NCBI RefSeq assembly: GCF_964204645.1
Contig: NC_134031.1
Span: 10,168,001 to 10,232,000 of the forward strand
From: Tubulanus polymorphus
Taxonomy: Eukaryota > Animalia > Nemertea
Length of the DNA stretch: 64,000 nt
Direction of reading: 5' to 3'
Below are positions 13,845 to 25,329 of the stretch, piece after piece (the stretch's first letter is position 1; each line of letters starts with the position of its first letter). A model generated the notes under the pieces. That model searched no databases. It was not told the DNA's origin and was given only the letters and a program-made list of their open reading frames with translations. The position numbers were made by a program, and so were the translations under genes.

Positions 13845-13914
13845 AGTAATTAGAAAAGTGGGGTTTCATACCAGAGGACGAGAGGACGAGACACCACTCA
13901 TCACCACAAGTAAT
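13845..13914 (+). repeat. Left TIR of element I
   Basis: Reverse complement of 30670-30739. Confidence 0.95.
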
Positions 13915-13929
13915 TTTTTTCCCTAATAA

Positions 13930-16900
13930 ATGGGAGAGAATGAACACCAGCCAGAAAATAATAATGTTAATAAAAATCAATATTATTGCCAATATTGTAA
14001 AAAATACATCGATACATCTAATAAAACACGACATGAAAAAACTGCAAATCATATAAAAAATGTAATAGATTTTGAAACTCCAGAAAATTCCAATGAAAGA
14101 AAAGAACGATTAGAAAATATGAATGTGGATGAAATAAAATGTGAAGTTTGTAATGAATTTATAGTAAAAAGGAATTATAATAGTCATCTCGAATCACAAA
14201 AACACCAGCAAAATTTGAGTAATAATGTTTTAGGAAAAGATTATTTTGATGATAAACCTCAAAAAGTAAAAGAATCAACTTCAAAAACTAAATCCATTTT
14301 AAATAAACCTTACATGGAAAATGTTAGAAATTATATTGATTCACTAGAAATAAAAGATACAATTGAAATCTTAGAAACATTACATAGTAAAATTGGTCCT
14401 GCAGCTATTATATTTAGATTCTTTAAAGGTACAACAATAGAAGATTATAGTAAATTTAATGAAATAATAGAAAAAATACTAGATTTGATAACAGATGTTG
14501 AATATCCAAAAATTAGTATCTCTGGGAAAGTAAGTTTTATAAAGTCAGAAGAAAAAATGAATTATAATATTCAAACACACTCTGAAGAAATAATTTCAAA
14601 AACACAAATAAAAGAGAAGTTAGAAAAAATATTTAATGAATTTAAACGTCATATTGAAGAAAGATATTTTGAGGGTTCTGGCTTAACATTGAATGAAATT
14701 ATATATTTAGATTTAAATGTTTATAATACAAAAAGGAATAAAACATCAAAAAGTAATAAAATGTTTAAAAATGATTCAAACTTTACAACAGAAAAGGATA
14801 TTAAAGCATCATCTTATATTAAATTACCATTTACAACAAAAGCAGTAATAAATGTTCAAAATGAAGATAATAAATGTTTTCTATGGTCAATTATTAGTTG
14901 TTTACACCAAACAGAAGATATGACGCATAGTTTTAGAATAACAAATTACCGGAAATATGAAACATTATATAAAATTGATCAATATCCAGTAACTATAAAA
15001 ATGATTCCTAAAATAGAAAAAGTTAATAATTTAAAAATAAATGTATTCGAATTAATGCAATTACCAAAGACAAAAGGTGAAAATATTAAAGATTATACAT
15101 TGGAAGCTTTATATTTAACAGAATATTATGATGATGAAAATGCTATAGATTTGTTATATTACAAAAAAGATGAAAATGAACATTATATGTGGTTAAAACA
15201 AATTTATTTATTCTTTAGAACAACAGAAAGTGATCATCATCGTAAAATTTATCTATGTAGAAAATGTTTATCTAAATTTATGACTGAGAATACATTATTA
15301 AAACATAAAGAATTATGTGATAATAAAGATTTTTGTAAATTAATAATGCCAACAGAAAAAGATTATAAATTGAAATTTACTAATCATAAATTTAAGAATA
15401 TTGTTCCATTTGTAATTTATGGGGATTTTGAATCGTTGAATAAAGAATTAACTGATCAAGATAGAAAAGAAATATATAACAAAAAGCAATTATTAAAATC
15501 AATGGACAAAGGAAATGAATTAAATGAAGACACAATTCAAGACCCACCAATTATAAATACAATTAAAAAAGTTCATCAAAGAGCTGCTGCTTATGGAATT
15601 TATATAAAATCAAATTATCCCGAATTATATGAAAGTCAATATATTTCTTGGTGAAAATGTAGTTAATGATTTTTGTGATAAAATGATTGAATTAGAAAGT
15701 GATTTTGTAAAATTATTAAACAAAAATAAAAGAATAGTTATGACAAAAGAAGATGAAATTGATTTTAATTATGCAACTCATTGTTGTTATTGTGAAAAAC
15801 GTTTTTATTCATTTGATAAAAAAGTTAGAGATCATGATCATTTAAATTCAAAATATCGTGGAGCTGCTCATGAAGATTGCAATTTACAAGCTAAGAAAGT
15901 TAATTTCGTACCAATATTATTTCATAATTTATCGGGTTATGATACCCATCTATTTATAAAACAATTATCAAAGAAATTGGGTACAATTAATCAAGAAATA
16001 GAAGAATATAATGCTATGAATGGTGTAAATGTAAGAAAATATGATTTTAAACTATTAGCTAAAACATCTGAAAATTATATTTCATTTCAATTTGGTTGCA
16101 TTAGATTTTTAGATTCTTATAGATTTCTAGCAAGTTCATTAGATAATTTATCAAAAAGTTTAGTTGATAATGATTTTGTTATAACTCGATATTATTATCC
16201 AAATGAACAAGATTTTAAATTATTGAGATATAAAGGCGCAATTCCTTATTCATTTTATAAAACACATGATGATTTTAATGTAATAGAATTATTAAAAGAT
16301 CAATTTTATGATCAATTAAAAGAGGAGTATGTGAAAGACGAAGTTTTTGATAGAACATTAAATATTTGGAACCATTTTAAGATGAAAAATCATGGTGAAT
16401 TAGTTGATTTATATTTAAAATCAGATGTTATGATATTGGCTGACATATTTGAAAAATTTAGAGAAGTTAATTTGAATCATTTTAATGTTGATCCTTGTTA
16501 TTGTTATTCAAGTCCTGGTTTAACCTGGCAATGTGGTTTAAAATATACAAATGTAGAATTAGATTTATTAAAAGAACCAGATATGGTTTTATTATTTGAA
16601 AAATCAATTAGAGGTGGAATTAGTGGTGTTATGGGAGATAGGTATTTTAAAGCAAATGATGAATATAAATTATTATATATTGACGCCAATAATTTATATG
16701 GTTGGGCAATGATGCAACCTCAACCATATAAAAATTTTATATTAACAGAAGTTGAAAATGGTGATAAAACTGATTGGGAAAGCGCAATTATTAGTTTAAA
16801 AGATGAAGCACCAATTGGTTATTTCTTTGTAGTTGATTTAGAATATCCTGAAAATATAAAGTTTAAAACAAGAAACAAACCTTATTGCCCAGAACATTTA

Positions 16901-18997
16901 ACTGTAGATGATAGTTATTTAAGTGAATACCAGAAGAAAATAAAACCGAAAGATCATGTTTTTACAGAAAAATTAATACTTACTCAAAATAATAAATAAA
17001 ATTATATTGTTCATTATAGAATGTTAAAATTTTATCTAAAACAAGGAATGAAATTAAAGAAAGTACATAGATATATTGAATTTAATCAATCGAAGTGGTT
17101 AGAAAAATATATAGATTTCAATACTCAACAGAGAACCATATCAAAAACAGATTTTGAAAAAGATTTTTTCAAATTGATGAACAATAGTTTTTATGGAAAA
17201 ACATGTGAAAATATTAGAAATAGAAATGATATTGAATTAGTAAATAATTCTGAAAGATTAAGACATTTACAATCAAGTCCTAGACATTTAGGAAATAAAA
17301 GGTTTGAAGATTATTTAACCGCGGTAAAATTAAAAAGAACGTCCATGAAATTTAATAAACCAATATTTATAGGTTCAACTGTTTTAGAAATTTCAAAATT
17401 ATTGATGTATGAATTCTATTATAATGTATTACAACCTCATTTTGGAGAAAAACATATAGAAATCTTATATTTTGATTCTGTAACAGCTGATACTCCAATA
17501 TTATTAAAATATAATAATCAAATATTAATTAGAAGAATTTCAGAAATAATTTCTTATCAAAATAAATCTTATATTTCGTATGGTGAAAAAGAACTAATAC
17601 AAATAAATGGATTAATGGATGTTTGGACAAAAAATGGATGGGCGAAATTAAAGAATATAATTAGACATAAAACGAATAAGAAAATCTATAGAGTTAGAAC
17701 TAAATTAGGATTTGTTGATGTTACTGAAGATCATAGTTTAATTAAACAAAATGGTGATGAAATAAAACCAACTGATATAAAAATTGGAGATGAATTATTA
17801 CACAACAGATTTTACCCAAGAATGAATCATATGTCATTTGATGAAATAATTGATAATATTTATAATATAGAACCCGAAACATTAGAAGAAAAAGAATATT
17901 TTATCAAAGGATTTTTCATGGGCGATGGTTCAGCAGGTGTGTATAATTATGTTAATCGCACTCAATATCGTTGGTATTTATGCAATCAAGACTTAAAATT
18001 ATTAGAAAGAATTAAGAAATTCTGTGAAGAAGTTTATCCAAATAAAACATTTAGAATCATGGATCATATGAAATCATCCGCGGTTTATAGAATATTTGTA
18101 AATAATCCTAAAGATTTTGCCTCAAAATATGATGATGAATTCTATATTCATGCAATAGTGAAAAGTAATACTTCAACTAAAGAAAAGATAGTTCCAGATT
18201 ATGTATTAAATGCAAAAAATAATTTAAGAAAATGGTTCTTCATTGGATTCTATGCAGCAGATGGTTCAAAAAGTTTCCAAAACCGCAAAACAATATCCTT
18301 TGCTCAAAAAGGAAAAGTTGCTATATCAGGATTGAATATATTATGTAGTTCATTAGGATTTAATATGAATATAGAATTAATTAAATCTAAACAAAATTGT
18401 TTTAATTTAAGGCATGTAGAAAAAGAATTAACAGAAGAAGTTAAAGATTTATTTGAAATATATAACCCAACTGACTATGTTTATGATTTATCAACAGATG
18501 ATGGAACATTCAATTCTGGGTTCCCATTAATCCAAAAAAATACCGACAGTTACATACTAAAAATCAAGACAAATGATATAACAAAAGACTTAAAAACATT
18601 AAAACATTATTTTGATTTTAGCAATTATCCCAAAGATCATGAACTATTTAGCAATGATAATAAAAAGATTCCTGGTAAGTTTAAAGATGAATTAGGAGGT
18701 GATGAAATGATTGAATTTGTTGGGATAAGAAGTAAAATGTATAGTTACAGAACAAAAGATCATGAAGCTAAAAAGTTAAAAGGAATAACAAAACATGTGG
18801 TTGATAAACATATAGAATTTCAAGATTATATAAAGTGTTTATATAACTCAATTGTAATGAAACATAAAATGAATTGTTTAAGATCAGAAGATCATGAGAT
18901 GTACATTAATGAAGTTGAAAAAACTAGTTTAAATCCATTTGATGATAAAAGGCATATTTTAGATGATGGTATAAAAACATTACCTTATGGCCATTAA
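13930..18997 (+). pseudogene. polB: Protein-primed family B DNA polymerase (N-terminal Zn fingers, OTU-like region, EndoVII-like insert, intein); one frameshift and one stop
   Basis: YGDFES (Exo I), FHNLSGYD (Exo II), LYLKSDV, YIDANNLYG (motif A), KLMNNSFYGK (motif B), YFD|TDS (motif C, split by intein), DHDH..RGAAH..CNL. Frameshift at ~15650, TAA at 16997. Confidence 0.95.
17477..18541 (+). mobile_element. Intein with LAGLIDADG homing endonuclease, 355 aa, open frame
   Basis: Starts SVTADTPIL. Block B VTEDHSL. LAGLIDADG motifs FIKGFFMGDGS and FFIGFYAADGS. Block F YVYDLST. Ends IQKN with +1 Thr. The paralog at 48633-48650 reads YLDTDS uninterrupted. Confidence 0.95.
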
Positions 18998-20295
18998 AAC
19001 ATAAAATCAATATCATCAAACTCGAAATTATTATTGGCTTCTTCATTTTCATTTAATTGTTCAGGTTCTTCTTCCATTCCATTTTTCTCATTTAAATAAA
19101 GTTCTATCTTGTTCCACATTTCATCTCGCTCTCTTTGTTTCTTTTTGTTTGTTAATTCATCAAATGGAATTATAATATCTAGGTTTAAATAATTTACAAT
19201 CTTATTTAAAAAGAATTCATAATTTATTGAATCTGTTATTCTATTTTCCAAATGATACATTAATATTTGTTTGAATATTTTTTTTATATTTTTCATATCT
19301 TCTTCTGTTAATTTAGGTTTTTCATAATAATCGTTAAATAATAAATATAAATACATTTTCTTTTGTTTTGTGTTAAATGTTGATGGAATAATTGTTTTTA
19401 TAATATCTTTTTTAGTTATTTCACCATTTTCATTTTCTATTATTTTCATTTTTTCAAGCCATTGCATATATTCTGGTGTATGATCTTCCATGGAAAATAT
19501 TTTAAAAATTTCATCAAGATAATTTAATTTTGGATCTATGAGAAAATCTCTAGTTTTTTCTTCACCCAATAAATTCTTTTGCCATCCACATTCATTACAA
19601 AATATCACAGGACCTTCTTGTCTTAAGTACTCATAAATACATTGTGGGCATTTTTTTCTATCATAGCTTGGTAATAGATCTTCATTAAGCTCTTGGTATT
19701 TTCTTACGTTTTCTTTATGTTTTATTGTTCTATTATGTAGATTTGAATTACTTGTTGTAATAATCAATTTACAATATTTACAATAATATGTTTTTCTTGT
19801 TAATTCATTATATTGTTTTTCTAACTTTTCAACTGTTTCTTCATTATCTGGTAACGTTTTCTCATATTTTATTTTTTCTAATAAATTATTTTTTCTTTCA
19901 TTGAATTCAGTTTCAAATTTATTAGAAATTTTATCTATATGTACTTTACGAAATTGATGATTCTCCCAATCTTCTATATTTTCAGGGTTATATTTTATTC
20001 GACAAGGCTCACAGAAATGATCTTTTATATTATCCTTATCATAGAATAAGAAAGGTCTTTTCCAAATAACTTCAGGTTCAACTTCAGCAGAATTACTATC
20101 AACATTAGCCGTTGCGCCATTAATTCTACACTTCTCTGAATGTTTTTTAACATAATTTCTTGAGAATAATTTATTACATTTTGGGCAGTTTATTTTAGGG
20201 GGTTTATAATTTTCATCATGTTTTTTCATATGTCGAGCCATATTACTTTTTCTTAGAAGTTCACCACAAATTTCGCATGCTATCTTCTCATCCAT
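18994..20295 (-). CDS. Multi-zinc-finger protein with C-terminal VLTF3-like (poxvirus A2-type late transcription factor) domain
   Basis: Four C2H2-like fingers, then CPQC..CNECG, INYEFFLNKIVNYL, RDEMWNKI. Assigned by motif resemblance only. Confidence 0.65.
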   Translation of the reverse strand: MDEKIACEICGELLRKSNMARHMKKHDENYKPPKINCPKCNKLFSRNYVKKHSEKCRINGATANVDSNSAEVEPEVIWKRPFLFYDKDNIKDHFCEPCRIKYNPENIEDWENHQFRKVHIDKISNKFETEFNERKNNLLEKIKYEKTLPDNEETVEKLEKQYNELTRKTYYCKYCKLIITTSNSNLHNRTIKHKENVRKYQELNEDLLPSYDRKKCPQCIYEYLRQEGPVIFCNECGWQKNLLGEEKTRDFLIDPKLNYLDEIFKIFSMEDHTPEYMQWLEKMKIIENENGEITKKDIIKTIIPSTFNTKQKKMYLYLLFNDYYEKPKLTEEDMKNIKKIFKQILMYHLENRITDSINYEFFLNKIVNYLNLDIIIPFDELTNKKKQRERDEMWNKIELYLNEKNGMEEEPEQLNENEEANNNFEFDDIDFMF

Positions 20296-20363
20296 TTATT
20301 AAGAAAAAATTTTATTAAAATTAATTTTTAGTGATGAGCGGTAATTTTTTTATGTTATAAATA

Positions 20364-21049
20364 ATGGTAGAATTAAAAGAATACAGAATATTTGTTGATT
20401 CTAGAAAACTTACAAATTATAAATCACATTATTTACTAATACAATTAGATAGAGAATTTAAGAATTGTGTTGATTTAAAATTAGTTAATATAAGTTTATG
20501 TAACTCATTTTATAATATAACGGCTAAAACTTTTGAACATAGAGACTTTTTAATTCATATTGGAAATAAAAATAAATGGTTTCATCTATTTTTAAAACCA
20601 GGATTATATAATTTAGAAACATTAGCCCAAGAAATTAATCGGAAAGCACGACTAAAACTTGAAAGTGAAGATAATTTTTCAATTAGATTTATAAAAAGTT
20701 AGGAATGTTAGGAATTAAACCGCGTATTGTTACTGGAAACGTAGAAGGTAGCTCAAATATAATACCTTACACACATTTCTATATTTATTGTAATTTAATT
20801 GACCCAACAAAAACATTTGAAGCAACTAAAGATACAATTTGTAATTCTGGTTTATTAAATATTTTACCATTGAAGAATGTTAAACAATTTGGAACGCAAA
20901 TAAATTATAATTTAGCTGAATGTGATTTTAAACCTTGTATTCCACATTTCAATAATTTTAAATTAGAAATAAGAAATCACAATGGTTATTTAATTGATTT
21001 GAATAACTTTCCTGTAATTTATGAATTAGTTATAAGATGTAAAGAGTAA
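20364..21049 (+). pseudogene. Probable minor capsid (penton) protein, split by an internal deletion
   Basis: IFVDSR, NSFYNI, PGLYN and FYIYCNLID pattern, beta-rich. The copy at 49592-50348 retains the deleted segment. Confidence 0.6.
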
Positions 21050-21065
21050 TTTTTCACCTATATAA

Positions 21066-21422
21066 ATGAATATAACGGTTGGACCGAGTATATGTTTTGG
21101 ATTTGATTTTAAACGTGAGAAAGAAATGAAATTTAACATTAATGATGTAATAACACATATCAAAAATATTGCATTTTCTAATGAAACAACATTTGAGTAT
21201 GAAACAACAATAGATAAAGAAACTTTAAATGTAGAAAAGATTACTAATTTAATTAGAGAATCTTTAAGATTTTATGAATTAGATGAAGATTTTATCATCG
21301 ATGATATTAAAAACATATTATCCAAAATATATGATAATCATAAAACTAGTAATAAAATAAATGTTGAATTAATCATAAATAAGTTAACTAAATATTTTGA
21401 AGATAGTAATTTTTTTGATTAA
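21066..21422 (+). CDS. Hypothetical viral protein
   Basis: TAAATG start; homolog with a stop at 50365-50717. Confidence 0.7.
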   Translation: MNITVGPSICFGFDFKREKEMKFNINDVITHIKNIAFSNETTFEYETTIDKETLNVEKITNLIRESLRFYELDEDFIIDDIKNILSKIYDNHKTSNKINVELIINKLTKYFEDSNFFD

Positions 21423-21425
21423 TAA

Positions 21426-21656
21426 ATGAGTGATAATAAGTGGATAATAACTGGATTATATAATGGCGCATTACTATCAGTTGGAACGGTTGGTTATTCA
21501 ATGGTATTAAAAAAAGTATTCAAAATGGGAAGTGTTAATGTTGATAGATTTGATATAAATGATATTTTAAAGTTAACATTAGCAGTTACTTTATCTAATT
21601 TAACAATTGATTATTTGGAAAAACAAAAAATATATTCCTCCCATATCAATGCATAA
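21426..21656 (+). CDS. Small hydrophobic viral protein
   Basis: Two hydrophobic stretches; homolog at 50721-50947. Confidence 0.65.
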   Translation: MSDNKWIITGLYNGALLSVGTVGYSMVLKKVFKMGSVNVDRFDINDILKLTLAVTLSNLTIDYLEKQKIYSSHINA

Positions 21657-21990
21657 TAAAAATAGTTCATTAGGAGAACAAAGAAGACATAACTTAGCGT
21701 TAGAGAAATACAATAAAGCTGCAGAAGAATATAGAGAAAAGAGACAAAACTATATGGATTACATCAATAAAGAATTATATGATCAGAAGATTTCACATAG
21801 AGATTTTCAATCAGTTGATGATGCAATGAGTTTATATAACGCAGTAACAAATAAAGAAAAATTACATCTATACAAACCTAAATTATCAGATTATTATACC
21901 CCAAGTAAAGAACAACAGAAATATGAAATAATATGGATTTTAGGTGGAACAGTTATTGTTATATTTGTTGCTTATAAATTTACTAATTAG
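21655..21990 (+). pseudogene. Membrane protein, 5' end deleted
   Basis: Matches 50964-51386 but lacks its start and the MASAIITIIG... N-terminus. Confidence 0.75.
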
Positions 21991-22009
21991 TAATTTTTAT
22001 TCTAAATAA

Positions 22010-22444
22010 ATGGAAGATAAAGTTGATAGTATTGATATTATTCCTCATGATATAAATAAAACTAAATTAAAAACATATTTAGAAAAACAAATATTAGAAT
22101 TTGAAAGTGACTTAAAGATAAAAAAGAAAAAATATTTAAAAAGTAAAATTATATATTATTTGATTATAAGTGGTTCGGTTACATTTAGTTCTGTAATAAC
22201 ATTTCTAGCAATATTCAGCCCATTAACACCTTTAGCTATATCAATTGGTGTATTAGGATTAAGTTCAAGTGTTTTAACTGGTATAAGTTCAAAATTAAAT
22301 ATAAAAAGTAATAAAGAAAAAATAAAATCTAATATAAAAGAAATTAATAAATTAAAGAACACACTAGATTATATAATAAGTTTAAATGGCCATATAACAG
22401 TTGAAGAACAAGATAAATTATTAAAAGAATTAATAAATTATTAA
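22010..22444 (+). CDS. Two-TM coiled-coil viral membrane protein
   Basis: Two hydrophobic helices; homolog at 51406-51843. Confidence 0.75.
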   Translation: MEDKVDSIDIIPHDINKTKLKTYLEKQILEFESDLKIKKKKYLKSKIIYYLIISGSVTFSSVITFLAIFSPLTPLAISIGVLGLSSSVLTGISSKLNIKSNKEKIKSNIKEINKLKNTLDYIISLNGHITVEEQDKLLKELINY

Positions 22445-22460
22445 TTTTTTAATTATATAA

Positions 22461-23850
22461 ATGGTAGATAGTTTTCTAAAAGCTTTCCGATATAATAAAT
22501 CAATTAAATATAATATTCCAGCAATAGATTTTAATAAAGAAATTACATTTAGAAATGAAGTTTTAGATTCATTAACTAATTTAGAAATTTATGTTACTGA
22601 AACTAATAATTTTAATGCAAAGATGGAAAATATATTTCATGTATATTTAATTAATTTTAAAAAATTGAAAGATGAAAAACAATGGTTATTAAAATCTAAT
22701 ATGAAGTATTGGCAGAATCAATTAAATTTTGCTGTTTATTGTGCAACAACAGGATGTGGAATTAGTTGGAATGATCATTTGAATAATTCTAAATATAAAT
22801 TAATTCAAAGTTTATTTAGATTTCATACATACTTTCAAATCAGAATAATATTAAATGAATTAGAGTGCGCTTTACCAGGATCTAGGTATTTCAAAGAATT
22901 AGATAATAATATTAATTTATCTAAGTTTTATAAGATTTGCAATGAATTTAATATAGATATAAATAATTCTGATTTTAGAACAAAAATTGGAACAATAAGA
23001 TCACTTCCATGCCCTAGAAAGATTGCAGAATATTGTGCACTTCCCATACCATCTAATAGTTTTTATAATATCTATAATAAAAAATTAGGTTATGGTAAAA
23101 TAGAAACAAAGGATTTAGAAACATTAAATTTCAATAAATTACCAAAATTTTATGATAATTTAAAACAAGAAAACAATAATGGTTGGGTTTATTTCATTTT
23201 AGAAAATAGTGAAGGTTTTACTAAATCAGGTATAGAAAGAATAAATCAATCTATTAGAACTTATTTAATTTGTATTTTAGGTGCGCAAGTTGAAACAAGA
23301 TCACCGATAATTGGAAATTTGAATACATCATTCGATACACAAAAACAATTTAAAGTATTATTTGAAGATTCCATACATGATGATAAAAATAGATCGATTC
23401 CAGAAAACATTATAAGATATCAAAATTATTTAGATAAATCTCATGTAAGACTTAATTATTGTATAGGCCCTAATCTATTAATTATTTCTAATGATTTAGT
23501 ATTAAAGATGGGAAATATAATTGGTTATAATAATCTAATTAAAACTGCAACAATAAATAATTCATTTGGATTGAATGATATAAATAAAAAGATTATTACT
23601 GCTCCAAAATTAATGGAAGGTGAAAAAAATAAAAAAACATATTCAATCAACAGAAACTAAAACTAATAATATTAAATTAAATAATGATTCTAAAATAAAA
23701 GATTACAATACATCAGAAGATATAAAAACTGATAAAATTCAACATGATATAATTAAACTAAATGATGATAATAAATCCCATGAAAATACTAAATTAGCTA
23801 TAACTTGTATAGGAATTGTTATAGGAGGAATATTATATTTTAAATTTTAA
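22461..23850 (+). CDS. Conserved uncharacterised Polinton protein with C-terminal TM; frameshift in an A-run at ~23625
   Basis: WQNQLNFAVYCATTGCGISW motif; ORFs 22461-23660 and 23620-23850; homolog at 51860-53250. Confidence 0.7.
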
Positions 23851-23866
23851 TTTTTTTATTATATAA

Positions 23867-25309
23867 ATGGATGTAGAAGGTGGAGAAGATATTGGAATGG
23901 ATCCTTTTGATGAACCTAACATAACTGATGAACAACCACCTGATTTTGATGAAACAAGTTTTAATGATGGTAATGAATCAGAATATAACAATAATTTAAA
24001 TATGCCTGATTATATTAAAAATGCTGAATCACAATTAAATCCTGAAAATTTAGACCCAGATTTAGTAAAACAAGATTTAGATAATATAAAAAAAATACCT
24101 AAATTAGAAGATTTAATTGAAAAATCTAATTTTAACATAAATGATGAAGACGTTGGACTTTTAGCAGATCAATTAAAATTTTTAGATAATGGTAAATGTT
24201 ATTATCGTTTGAAAGGTGATTATTATATTGATATCACTTATAAAAATAATAAAAATAAAATATTATCAGAATCAACTTTAGAAAAATTAAAACCAGATAG
24301 AATTAAAATAATAAGTAATAGTAATGAAATAACTGATGTTACACAAAAAGAAATAGATGATAATATAGATGTATTTAAACAAAGAATTAATGAATTATTT
24401 GAAATAATCAAAAAGAAATCAGAAACAGAAACAACTTCTGAACAGAATATAACTTCCAAAAATAGTAAACTTAAATCAAATAAAGTTCCAATTGAAAAAC
24501 TTTTACCGAATGGATTACTTGATGCAACAGATCAAGAATTAGAAGATTTAGATATATTTTCTGATAAAGCAATTAGAGAAATTATTAGTATAAGACTTGC
24601 ATCTGATAAAATTGCACATAATAAAAGTATAAGAGATTTTAAAATTAGAACTTTAGAAAAAGAATTAACTGATAAAAATAAAGAAATAGAACAATTAAAG
24701 TCTGATTTAGATCATCAAGTAATTGATGAAATAGAATATAGGCAAAAAGAATTACGTTTAGAAAAAGAAAAAGATGATTTAGAATATAACATAGAATTAC
24801 AAATAGAAGAAATTAAATTATTGTTAAAATCATATGATTATAATATTAATAGATTAAAAGTTATTTTTAAAGATTTGTTGGTTAAACCAAATTCTGAAAT
24901 ATCATTAAAAGACAGGATGAAGTTATTATTTAAATTAGAAGGAATAACAATTCTCTCAATTCTAACAGCTGTAACTATGTTATTTACAACAATTGGTTTA
25001 GCTATATCAAATGCTTTAAAATCTACTCCTCCTACTCCCACTCCCAATAAACCAGATAAACCTCCAGGCAATAATTCTATACAAGATAAAGTTAAAGATG
25101 GTTTAAAGAAATTAGCAAAATATTTATGGGAACTATCTAAAAAATCTGCTGCAGCATTGCCAGGAGTTATTGCTTCAATTGTTGGTTTTATATTGAAATC
25201 TGCAGGAAACATTATTAACTTTGCTGCTGAACATATTATTTTATTTTTAATTACAGTTGTAAGTGCTATTATTTTTGGTTTAGTAAATATGATATCAAAA
25301 AATAAATAA
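23867..25309 (+). CDS. Acidic/coiled-coil protein with C-terminal hydrophobic helices
   Basis: Intact 480-aa ORF; both termini conserved with 53263-54943. Confidence 0.75.
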   Translation: MDVEGGEDIGMDPFDEPNITDEQPPDFDETSFNDGNESEYNNNLNMPDYIKNAESQLNPENLDPDLVKQDLDNIKKIPKLEDLIEKSNFNINDEDVGLLADQLKFLDNGKCYYRLKGDYYIDITYKNNKNKILSESTLEKLKPDRIKIISNSNEITDVTQKEIDDNIDVFKQRINELFEIIKKKSETETTSEQNITSKNSKLKSNKVPIEKLLPNGLLDATDQELEDLDIFSDKAIREIISIRLASDKIAHNKSIRDFKIRTLEKELTDKNKEIEQLKSDLDHQVIDEIEYRQKELRLEKEKDDLEYNIELQIEEIKLLLKSYDYNINRLKVIFKDLLVKPNSEISLKDRMKLLFKLEGITILSILTAVTMLFTTIGLAISNALKSTPPTPTPNKPDKPPGNNSIQDKVKDGLKKLAKYLWELSKKSAAALPGVIASIVGFILKSAGNIINFAAEHIILFLITVVSAIIFGLVNMISKNK

Positions 25310-25329
25310 TTAATTTTTTTGTTAAATAA

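Noticed and set aside
15629-15660. Programmed frameshift or stop readthrough in polB
   Set aside because: Breaks fall at different positions in the two polB copies, consistent with decay or sequencing error.
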